DNA of 15,497 nt from Candidatus Hodarchaeum mangrovi (GTDB taxonomy: Archaea; Asgardarchaeota; Heimdallarchaeia; Hodarchaeales; Hodarchaeaceae), in the NCBI GenBank assembly GCA_016839515.1, contig JAEOUE010000124.1, positions 1 through 15,497 of the forward strand, in the 5' to 3' direction. Below are positions 7,801 through 15,497 of the stretch, in pieces; position 1 is the stretch's first letter, and the number at the start of each line of letters is the position of its first letter. Made by a program: the position numbers and the translations under genes. The notes beneath the pieces are model-generated. The model did no database searches, was not told the DNA's origin, and saw only the letters and a list, made by a program, of their open reading frames with translations.

Positions 7801-9228
7801 TTACTTCCCTATCATTGCTTCCATTCTTTTAGGCATGAAAGATTCCTTTGTTTTCTGGGTAGATGTGACATCAACATTAGAAAAAAGAATACTTGGAGAG
7901 ATAACTGATTCCATCAATGTCGTATCATTTCCAACACTGATAATCTTTTTAAGCCATTTAATCCCATTACCAGCTATAGAAGTTCCCAAAACTGGATTTA
8001 TAATTTCTCCGTTTTTTATTTCGAGAACTCTTGTTGGAAAAATAGTGAAATCGGTTGTCATAGGATTGGATAGAAATATCCCTGCAGGATAACCTATTAA
8101 TATTCCATGATCAATTTCCTCAATAATCTCGTCTTGAGATTTATGTCCAGGACTCACTAATCTATCACGAGACCCAATTGTAGGCAGGGCAGTATAGGAT
8201 CTTGCTCCATGACCTATTCCTCTTACAGCATTCCCTGTTGAATCAACCCCAGCTTTAACAGCTGTAGAATAATCGTATAAGAATGTTTTTAGTATTCCTT
8301 TTTCAATCAATCTAGTGGTCTTACTGGGAGATCCTTCATCATCACAGGGAGCTGCTTTAATACCACCTTGCAGTGTTCCATCATCAATAAAAGTAAATTC
8401 TGGAGAAGCTATTTCAGTGTTTAAATCCTTTGACTGAAAGATACTTCGGTGAGAAACAGCTAGATCTCCTTTAAAGATTAATCGTGTTACTGCAATCAAA
8501 AAAATGGCAGCTGCGGTAGGTTCCATCAATAAACTCATATTCCCTTCTGGAACAGATACAGTTGCTCCAAACATTTCCGCTGTACGATTTGCTGCATCAA
8601 TTGCCAAGTCATCAAGATTGTTGTTATATTGAGTTCCACCTGTAAAAGAATTTTCTGAAAATCGATGGTCACCGTAAGTTCCCACAGCAGAGAAACCAGC
8701 TGAGAAACTTGTTTTTTCAAAAGCAATATATAGATCTGATGAGTTTACTATGACCTTCTGACCATCTTTAATAGAAAAAGCACCTTGTACACTGACTAAA
8801 TTTGGATTTACAGCTAAACCTTTAATTCTAGCATCCTTTAAACTTGAAATAATTTCTTCAATAGCTAAATTTTTAAGTTTGGTAGATGTAAATTTATATT
8901 CTGATGAAAATAATTTAGGAGGAGGAAATCCAAAGAAATTATCATCTTCGTCTCTTATTTTGGCTATTTTAATGGCCTCTTTAACTTCTGATTCAGCATT
9001 TTTTATATCTAAGGAAGAAGAAGATGTGAAACCCCATCTTTTTCCTATTGCCATTCGAATACCTAAACCTGCAGTTACATTTGAGTTTACTGCCATTGAT
9101 TCTCCATTTTGTTGAACTGAAAGAGTCTTCTCATTGATAGCAAAGATTTCTGCTTGATCTGCTCCATTCTTTAAGCCAAAATCTACCAGACGATTACAAA
9201 TATCGCCTATTTCATTTATATCATTCAT
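7801..9228 (-). CDS. pmbA: PmbA/TldE family protein (non-catalytic partner of TldD)
   Basis: GADQAEIF, GLGIR, DDGTL, CDDEGSPS, LIEKGILKTFLYD, STGNAVR and IKNGEI motifs; no HExxxH. ATGA overlap with tldD. Confidence 0.9.
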   Translation of the reverse strand: MNDINEIGDICNRLVDFGLKNGADQAEIFAINEKTLSVQQNGESMAVNSNVTAGLGIRMAIGKRWGFTSSSSLDIKNAESEVKEAIKIAKIRDEDDNFFGFPPPKLFSSEYKFTSTKLKNLAIEEIISSLKDARIKGLAVNPNLVSVQGAFSIKDGQKVIVNSSDLYIAFEKTSFSAGFSAVGTYGDHRFSENSFTGGTQYNNNLDDLAIDAANRTAEMFGATVSVPEGNMSLLMEPTAAAIFLIAVTRLIFKGDLAVSHRSIFQSKDLNTEIASPEFTFIDDGTLQGGIKAAPCDDEGSPSKTTRLIEKGILKTFLYDYSTAVKAGVDSTGNAVRGIGHGARSYTALPTIGSRDRLVSPGHKSQDEIIEEIDHGILIGYPAGIFLSNPMTTDFTIFPTRVLEIKNGEIINPVLGTSIAGNGIKWLKKIISVGNDTTLMESVISPSILFSNVDVTSTQKTKESFMPKRMEAMIGK

Positions 9229-10676
9229 TTCATCATCATTCCTTTAGGCATAGACATTTTTTTAGCCCCTGTAACAGCGACATTCCTAAATCGAATATGA
9301 GTTCCTCCTAATCCGACAAGTGCTCTCTGTCCCCCCTTTCCACATCCACCAAACCCACAATCCACGGTTAATTCGAAATCTTTGCCTACTGCATCTATTT
9401 TGTTCAGATATTCGAGAATATTTCCATTTAAGGTTGGACCTACTAAAGTGTCAACTAATTCTCCATCCTTGATTAAATACCCGACTTGACTTCTAAAAGA
9501 AAATTTGCCCGTAGTACCAGCCTCACCACCTGCATGTCCCTTACAATAGATACCATTCTTAATTTCACTTATCATTTCATCTAAAGAGTAGTCTTGTGGT
9601 TTGAAACAAGTATTTGTCATTCTAACGATAGGTGCATACCCATAATCCTGAGCTCTACTATTTCCAGTACTAATAGTTCCCAATTTATTAGCATTTAAAC
9701 GATCTGAAATATATTTCTCTAATACCCCATTATTTAACATAACAGTTCTTAGCCCTAGCGTTCCCTCGTCATCTACAAAGTTCCAAGCTCCATCTTCCAA
9801 AGTCGCATCATCAACAATTGAGACAAACTCCGGAGCAAACCTTTCTCCCAATCGATCTCCTAAAGCTGAAGAATTATTTGTAACGGAATCTGCTTCTGTC
9901 ATATGACCAAAACTTTCATGGGCTAGTAAACCAGCGAATGCAGGATCAATAATTACATCATAGGAACCAGTTTGTACAGATTTACCTTTAATTATTGTTT
10001 TAACTGTATTACCGATGTCTTTTGCCAGTTCTTTATCTTCAATAAGTGTTTCTAACCGTTTAAATCCAAATGTTCCCCCTTGTCTATCAAGATAGGTCTG
10101 AAACTTTCCCATTTCACGAATAGTAGCATCACCACGATAACCTACCCCATCAACTAAAAATTTGATTTCTGTTCCTTCAGTTGTCATAATATGTTTATAA
10201 GAAACTAGCCCTGCTAATCCACAGGAAGCTGACGACACTCCAATTTCCTTAATTTGACTTGAATGGGTAATAACATAATCTTTAATCTCTGTTATATCAC
10301 GATTTATTAAAGAATCATTTGAAAATTTCTTTAAGTCTTTTTTAATTATAGATTGAGGTGATAACGCGATTTTCACATTTGAAAACTGACTTAAGGTTTT
10401 ACTACCTTCAATTGCTTCCTCTATTATTGTGGATATACTTTTTTTTGTAAGATTGCTTGTAGAGACAAATGTTAAAGGAGAATCTTTAGTAAATTGAACT
10501 CTAATACCTATTCCCTGATCATTACTTCTTTTTATTTCCGAAATTTCTTTATCACGGGCAATAACTTTGAGTTCTATCTCTTTAGTATATCTAACTTCTC
10601 CAAAATTAATATTTTTCTTATGTAGCTGATTTATAGCAAATTCTACAAACTCTAAATAATCTTCTGAGATAAACAT
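9225..10676 (-). CDS. tldD: TldD metalloprotease subunit
   Basis: LLAHESFGHMTEAD (HExxGH), DDEGT, STGNSRAQDY, PIVRMTNT and GCGKGGQ (Cys ligand motif). Strong AGGAGG SD 8 nt upstream. Confidence 0.93.
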   Translation of the reverse strand: MFISEDYLEFVEFAINQLHKKNINFGEVRYTKEIELKVIARDKEISEIKRSNDQGIGIRVQFTKDSPLTFVSTSNLTKKSISTIIEEAIEGSKTLSQFSNVKIALSPQSIIKKDLKKFSNDSLINRDITEIKDYVITHSSQIKEIGVSSASCGLAGLVSYKHIMTTEGTEIKFLVDGVGYRGDATIREMGKFQTYLDRQGGTFGFKRLETLIEDKELAKDIGNTVKTIIKGKSVQTGSYDVIIDPAFAGLLAHESFGHMTEADSVTNNSSALGDRLGERFAPEFVSIVDDATLEDGAWNFVDDEGTLGLRTVMLNNGVLEKYISDRLNANKLGTISTGNSRAQDYGYAPIVRMTNTCFKPQDYSLDEMISEIKNGIYCKGHAGGEAGTTGKFSFRSQVGYLIKDGELVDTLVGPTLNGNILEYLNKIDAVGKDFELTVDCGFGGCGKGGQRALVGLGGTHIRFRNVAVTGAKKMSMPKGMMMK

Positions 10677-10684
10677 GTCTAAAT

Positions 10685-10690
10685 CCTCCT
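10685..10690 (-). promoter_or_regulatory. Shine-Dalgarno AGGAGG of tldD
   Basis: cctcct on the + strand, 8 nt from ATG 10676. Confidence 0.75.
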
Positions 10691-10754
10691 TATTATTCTC
10701 TAAAGTAATGGTTATTTTTTTGCTAGAAAATTTTTTTTTGCGATTTGATTTAAC

Positions 10755-12518
10755 TCAGTCTCGTTGTATAATGATTTTTCGTCCTTCTACTCTCCATTTT
10801 AACGATAATTGCCTTATCATATCTAAAGTGTCAAAACAGGCTTTGTTAAAATTTGTATTGGATTGAGCCCATCCACTACTCTCACCAAATGAAGAATAGG
10901 GATTAACCTGACAATAAATCTTCATTGTTTCATCTTTTTGACCTGGTGTTTCAATTGCCCATATTGATATTAGCGCATATGTTCCTTCTGCACTAAAAAC
11001 AGCCACATCAAGCTTAAAAGAATGTTTAATTGTTCCATCTTTTTGCCTTTCCACTTTCACAGGCCATCGACGTTTTACTTTAAAGAAAGTAGGAACATCC
11101 ATCTTAATAAGAATGTAATCTGCAAATTCTTTAAAGTCTCGTGGTTCTACTGCAATAGGAATTTCCTCTTCATCAAATGAAAATTGTTTTGTGAGCATTT
11201 CACCTAAACCTGGTTTCCAAGATCGTTGTAAAGATGGAACAACAGCAGTAGAGGCTTTACGTGAAGGGTAAATAGCTGCTAATAAGCATACAATAACTGC
11301 AGTTATCACTGTTAGAAATAACCAGTTAAATTCCAATTTATCAGGTGACAAACTGGTAGGAAACCTTAGAACTGCTCCTCCATAAGCAATAACTAAAGAA
11401 AAAATATACCCTAAAACTCCACCTACTGCTCCAAAAATGATACTTTCAAACATAAAATTAAATTTAATATGAGAAGGATTTGCGCCTACACTAGCCCAAA
11501 TCTCAATATCCTTCATCCTCGAAGTAATTGCACCTAGAAGCGTATTAAACATTATTAAAGCACATATAAGAAGAACAAAAATCATAAAAGTAAAACCACG
11601 AATTGTTATGTTGGTTGAAACCTTGAATAGTTGTCTTAAATTATCAATAGATAAAAGAACCTCCCTTGACTCATCTACTTCAATAGGTAGTAACCATTGG
11701 ATTAGATTATCTAAATCGGCTTCTAAGGTTAATTGTACAACAATTTGATTAAATTTACCATCCGCTATTAATTGATATTTAATTCGTGGAAGGAAGTTCC
11801 ACATAACTCGATAGCTAATAAAGCCAGATTGCTTCCCTCCTAGAGGATCACGGTTTTCTGAGGTGACGTCTTCTGGTAGAATCCAATTACCTGTAAAATC
11901 AACAGCTGACTCTAAAAGACTTATATTAATAATTCCACTAATATTGTATGATAAATCATCAGTATAAGTCCCTGCATGAAGGGTTATAGAGTCACCAACA
12001 GATAGAGTAAGGTCATTAGCTATATCTTCAGTAACACAAATATCATGGTCATTTTGTGGTAAAACCCCAGTTTTAAGGACTGAGGAAAGATTATTTAATT
12101 GATTCTCTAATGTAAAATCACTGGCAAAAGGTAATAAAATAGATCTCTGAGAGTTAGTTGAATTTTTAATTACAAGATCATTAAATGCTAATTTTCCGAG
12201 TAATCTAATTCGAGGAATTACTGCTGCAATATCATCCCTCTGTTCTATAGAAGAGATATAATTATTATCAATAAAGTCTTCAAAATCATAGATTGTTAAT
12301 CCATTTCCTATATTACTTGATGTATGTTCTATTATTTCAATTGATGCGCTAGATACTACCGATACAGAGAGTACAAATGTTATCATTGAGACTATAATAA
12401 CGATGAAAGTTAAAATAGTATTTCGTCTTTGACGGGACAGGTTCCTAGTTGAAATATTCGCAAGAAAGCCTGCAGTGCTTCCTAACATTGTTTCAATCAT
12501 TATTTGTAATTTACCCAT
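10755..12518 (-). CDS. FtsX/MacB-like ABC-type permease with extracytoplasmic domain and extra C-terminal soluble domain
   Basis: RNLSRQRRNTILT plus TM1, a large extracytoplasmic domain (GVLPQNDHDICVTEDIANDLTLSVGDSI), RMKDIEIWASVGA...IKFNFMFES, LLAAIYPSRKAS, then about 165 aa of hydrophilic tail. Confidence 0.85.
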   Translation of the reverse strand: MGKLQIMIETMLGSTAGFLANISTRNLSRQRRNTILTFIVIIVSMITFVLSVSVVSSASIEIIEHTSSNIGNGLTIYDFEDFIDNNYISSIEQRDDIAAVIPRIRLLGKLAFNDLVIKNSTNSQRSILLPFASDFTLENQLNNLSSVLKTGVLPQNDHDICVTEDIANDLTLSVGDSITLHAGTYTDDLSYNISGIINISLLESAVDFTGNWILPEDVTSENRDPLGGKQSGFISYRVMWNFLPRIKYQLIADGKFNQIVVQLTLEADLDNLIQWLLPIEVDESREVLLSIDNLRQLFKVSTNITIRGFTFMIFVLLICALIMFNTLLGAITSRMKDIEIWASVGANPSHIKFNFMFESIIFGAVGGVLGYIFSLVIAYGGAVLRFPTSLSPDKLEFNWLFLTVITAVIVCLLAAIYPSRKASTAVVPSLQRSWKPGLGEMLTKQFSFDEEEIPIAVEPRDFKEFADYILIKMDVPTFFKVKRRWPVKVERQKDGTIKHSFKLDVAVFSAEGTYALISIWAIETPGQKDETMKIYCQVNPYSSFGESSGWAQSNTNFNKACFDTLDMIRQLSLKWRVEGRKIIIQRD

Positions 12519-12741
12519 GAAATCCCATCGTTGTTTGCCTGATGAAATGATCTAGCTCTAATTAACTCATAAATATCTTTAATAATCTTTAGAAGAAAAA
12601 TTATTTTTAATGCTTTTGGCGATATAGATAATTTCCGACTATTTAATCCTATTTTAATCAAAATTAATTAGTTTCGCTATCAAATTTTAAAATATTGGCC
12701 TTTCTGAACCAATTTAAATTCTAGAAATATCGAGAAGATTT

Positions 12742-12766
12742 GGATATATCAAAAATTGATATATTT
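12742..12766. promoter_or_regulatory. Putative operator, copy 2 (GGATATATC-aaaaatt-GATATATTT; 9-bp inverted repeat ATATATCAA-N3-TTGATATAT)
   Basis: Lies near the middle of the divergent permease/OPT intergenic region and matches 5245-5269. Confidence 0.6.
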
Positions 12767-12942
12767 TCCATATTTATACAAATCCTACAAAATCTTTTAA
12801 TTGTTACTTTTTTGCCTCTTTTATTATATTATTTCGAAATAGACGTAATTTTTAAAAATAAATTGTCAAAGATAATTTTCATCGATTTAATTTTAAAAAT
12901 TTCAAAGATTTCTTAGAGATTTGGTTCAGAGAGGATGAAAAT

Positions 12943-15288
12943 TTGTCAGAATATAATGCCGAAGATATCTTAGTCAAATCTGCAGTTAAAAAAAGAGAAA
13001 TGTCATTGAGAATAGTGATTTCAATGATTTTATTAGGTGGATTCTTTTCTTTTGCTGCTACTTATGCTGATATGACAACTGGGATCTTTTCTGGTTGGGC
13101 ATTTATGTTTGTTGCTGCACTTATTCTATCGAGATATTATCAATGGTTAGGTGATAAAGTAACGAAACAAGAAATTGGAATAGTAATTGCTGGAACTCCA
13201 GCTTTATCAGCTGCTGGATTAGTATACTTAGTTCAATTTGCAACACATGAAGAAGTGTTAGCAGCTGGGATTAAACTTCCAACATGGCTACTTCCTGACA
13301 TAAATTCAGCAGTTATTGCTAATCGTGTACCTATTGCTGTCGAGTGGCTTTTACCGATAGCTGTAACATTTATTCTGTACAATATAGGTATATTATCTGG
13401 TTTAGGGTTCGGATTCATCTTAAGGAAATATTATATGGAGATTGAGGTAATGCCTTGGCCCATTCATTCTCTAAAAGCTGAAACAGTTCGTGATTTAACT
13501 GCAGGAAAAATGGATTATCGGTTCAAATATTTCGTTAGGGGTCTAATTGCAGCCTCTATCTTTATGTTCATCCTTTATATTCCAAATTCACTAGATGTTA
13601 ACATGCCTGAGCTAATGTACACGTTGACAAACTGGGAACCTCTCAAATCAATTTTAGATTGGTTACCATTTCTTAATCCTGCTCTACCTATTGATGACCC
13701 AGGAACAAGGGGGAGAATTATTGAAACAAGTATCTACTTTACTGAAGAATTATGGAACATTCATCCTATCCTCCAAGGAGCTTTTTTTGCAATTAGTTTT
13801 AACGCATTTTTCTTTATATTAGGATTTCTAGTCCCAAAAGATGTTTCTTTCGGAGCTTTATTAGGTGCCTTAACATTTAGCTTATTGGTTATGCCATTTT
13901 TAGCTTTACTTTACAAAATGGGATTTACCCCCGATGGTGATTTAGCTTGGTTTATAGCAGGATTTAATTTTGAAGGATTATGGCCATTTTTAAAGTACAC
14001 TTCAGAAGGGGGATCAAGAGGAGCAATAATGGCTTTATGGGGAGATTCACAAAATCTTTGGGGAATCAGTTTTAGTGCATCAGTGATTTTCATGGGTGCA
14101 TTACTCCCAATATTTTTAGGCAGTAAATTACTCATTGCATCATTAAAAGATTTGAAAAAGATGACTAAAGTGTCTGCTCAGGGAGAATTGCCATTAAAAA
14201 CAAGTTTATTCGTTTTCTTTGGCGTAGGAATAGTTTATGGAATTATTTGGATAGTTTTAGCTGAATATTTTAATCCTTTCTGGGTGATAGTTGTGTTATT
14301 TCTAGTTACACTATTCCCACTAATAAGTAATTTAATGATCACAAGATCTCTAGGTACTATGGGTATGGGGGTTGCTCCTAGTCCACAATTATTTGATCTA
14401 TCAATCTTTTTCTCTGGGGTTAGAATGAACTATCCAGCTTATTCAGTTGGTGGTATTATATTCTCCTCTCAGCAATCAGGTTGTGGATATATAGCTCATT
14501 GTGTAATGGCTGAGCAAATAGATTTAACATATTGGAAAGTTGGTGCTGTTGAATTTATACGCCGAGGGGTTCCCCTTCTTATAGGCCCATTCGTTGCATT
14601 ATTATTGTGGTCAGCATATGGACTACGAACAGAGAAATTACCAACCCAAGCATGGGATCCTGGTATTGTTACAACTCTTTCATTTCTTACTGGTAATTTA
14701 GAGGTCTTTAAAATATTTCCATTATTATTAGGAGCATTAGTTGGAACCATTTTGGTGTTGATTCGCATTCCTCTAGGTTTTTCACCTATCAATCCAATTG
14801 GTGTAGGAATTGGTACTGCAATGCCTCCTTTCTTAATTGTAACAATGGGTATAGGTGGATTAGTTAGAATAGCTTTTATCAGGGCTAAGGGAGCAGAAGG
14901 ATTCATGGAAATTGGAATGCCCATAGGTGCAGGAGCACTTACAGGTGTAGGTGTGATAACTGCAGCTGACGTGTTTTTAAATCTATATTTTGCATTCGAT
15001 GCCACGATGGTCTTGTTGATTGTAGGTATGATATTTGCAATAGTAGATTTAGTATTAATATTCTCTCTTTTCAAAAGAAAGAGTAATGTTGCTAAACCAG
15101 TGAATTTACAGATAATAATTATATATGGTATAATGATTCTCCTAACACTTTTCATAGCTATTCTTTATATCCTTAATGATATAATGATGGCTCTATTTGG
15201 TGGATTATTGATAATTTTAGTGTTAATTTTGATATTCTTACTGATTATTAGTAAGAATAAAACACAAGATAGCGTTACAGAAGGATAA
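12943..15288 (+). CDS. OPT/YSL-like oligopeptide transporter
   Basis: Highly hydrophobic 781-aa protein. EVMPWPIHSLKAE corresponds to the OPT LxxPxxxxxAE motif. The C-terminal PIGVGIGTAMPP...GIGGLVR...IGAGALTG resembles the OPT C-terminus. TTG start with GAGG SD at 12931-12934. Confidence 0.7.
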   Translation: MSEYNAEDILVKSAVKKREMSLRIVISMILLGGFFSFAATYADMTTGIFSGWAFMFVAALILSRYYQWLGDKVTKQEIGIVIAGTPALSAAGLVYLVQFATHEEVLAAGIKLPTWLLPDINSAVIANRVPIAVEWLLPIAVTFILYNIGILSGLGFGFILRKYYMEIEVMPWPIHSLKAETVRDLTAGKMDYRFKYFVRGLIAASIFMFILYIPNSLDVNMPELMYTLTNWEPLKSILDWLPFLNPALPIDDPGTRGRIIETSIYFTEELWNIHPILQGAFFAISFNAFFFILGFLVPKDVSFGALLGALTFSLLVMPFLALLYKMGFTPDGDLAWFIAGFNFEGLWPFLKYTSEGGSRGAIMALWGDSQNLWGISFSASVIFMGALLPIFLGSKLLIASLKDLKKMTKVSAQGELPLKTSLFVFFGVGIVYGIIWIVLAEYFNPFWVIVVLFLVTLFPLISNLMITRSLGTMGMGVAPSPQLFDLSIFFSGVRMNYPAYSVGGIIFSSQQSGCGYIAHCVMAEQIDLTYWKVGAVEFIRRGVPLLIGPFVALLLWSAYGLRTEKLPTQAWDPGIVTTLSFLTGNLEVFKIFPLLLGALVGTILVLIRIPLGFSPINPIGVGIGTAMPPFLIVTMGIGGLVRIAFIRAKGAEGFMEIGMPIGAGALTGVGVITAADVFLNLYFAFDATMVLLIVGMIFAIVDLVLIFSLFKRKSNVAKPVNLQIIIIYGIMILLTLFIAILYILNDIMMALFGGLLIILVLILIFLLIISKNKTQDSVTEG

Positions 15289-15298
15289 TTTCATTATA

Positions 15299-15321
15299 CC
15301 CTTCTTTTTCTTTCTAATTTT
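15299..15321 (+). terminator. Candidate pyrimidine/T-rich terminator after the OPT-like gene
   Basis: cccttctttttctttctaatttt begins 10 nt after the stop at 15288. Confidence 0.35.
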
Positions 15322-15361
15322 AATCTAAGAAGTTCAAACTCTAATGAACGACAAACCTTTT

Positions 15362-15369
15362 TTTAAATA
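15362..15369 (+). promoter_or_regulatory. Candidate TATA box (TTTAAATA) for the ORF starting at 15401
   Basis: Consensus-like archaeal TATA box about 31 bp upstream of the TTG start. Confidence 0.4.
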
Positions 15370-15400
15370 ATATTCTTTCAGATTTATTGAGGTAGGCCTA

Positions 15401-15497
15401 TTGCAGGATACGCTTCGAAAAGCTATTAATCTCAGTAAAAGCAAAATTAATCCAGAATTTGCTGAAATACGATCTGTTGATTATCAATCTAACGAAA
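15401..15497 (+). CDS. 5' end of a probable second TldD/PmbA-family gene (truncated by window edge; not in the ORF track)
   Basis: TTG at 15401 is preceded by GAGGT (15389-15393) and TTTAAATA (15362-15369). The frame is open to the end: MQDTLRKAINLSKSKINPEFAEIRSVDYQSNE, which resembles the TldD N-terminus in this window (EFAINQLHKKNINFGEVR). Confidence 0.6.
   Translation, partial: MQDTLRKAINLSKSKINPEFAEIRSVDYQSNE

Noticed and set aside
12519-12942. Possible RiPP precursor peptide in the large intergenic region (also checked 1391-1690 and 5182-5316)
   Set aside because: I noticed only very short ORFs (e.g. MGFHG*, MS*, and a 12-codon ORF from ATG 12935) with no leader/core character. No YcaO, radical SAM or RRE gene is in the window, so RiPP biosynthesis is not directly supported.
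4378-14135. Short overlapping ORFs (4378-4641, 6820-7110, 7636-7908, 7835-8092, 8535-8726, 8879-9115, 10675-10866, 13233-13418, 13911-14135)
   Set aside because: All overlap well-supported genes in antisense or alternative frames, with no recognisable motifs.
14496-15155. 219-aa antisense ORF
   Set aside because: It lies entirely opposite the OPT-like gene. Its Ile/Pro/Asn/Lys-rich composition is the expected mirror of hydrophobic and Gly codons, and it has no recognisable motif.
1-15497. CRISPR arrays, tRNA/rRNA genes, IS elements, integrases
   Set aside because: No regularly spaced repeats, GC-rich structured RNA segments, terminal inverted repeats or transposase/integrase motifs were seen by eye.

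Overview
AT-rich prokaryotic window; candidate TATA boxes, T-tract terminators and the protein families suggest an archaeon (possibly Asgard/Heimdallarchaeia-like, but that is inference only). It begins with the 3' end of an MFS transporter and an ATC-hydrolase-like (PF14196-type) gene. An ~11 kb minus-strand cluster follows, in transcription order: an FtsX/MacB-type permease with no adjacent ATPase, tldD, pmbA/tldE, two intact PA-domain M28 peptidases without signal peptides, and, after a 135-bp gap, a three-gene module. In that module two paralogous unknown proteins that look like tandem PNPOx-type split-barrel (flavin/F420/heme-binding) proteins flank a third M28 paralog that has lost its catalytic base and one of its two Zn sites. 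Divergently transcribed are an OPT-like oligopeptide transporter and, at the window edge, an unannotated ORF start resembling a second TldD/PmbA gene. The same 25-bp palindromic motif (GGATATATC-N7-GATATATTT) occurs in the divergent promoter region and upstream of the three-gene module, suggesting co-regulation. Overall it looks like a peptide import/processing/modification system that I do not recognise as described. No RNA genes, CRISPR arrays or mobile elements were seen.
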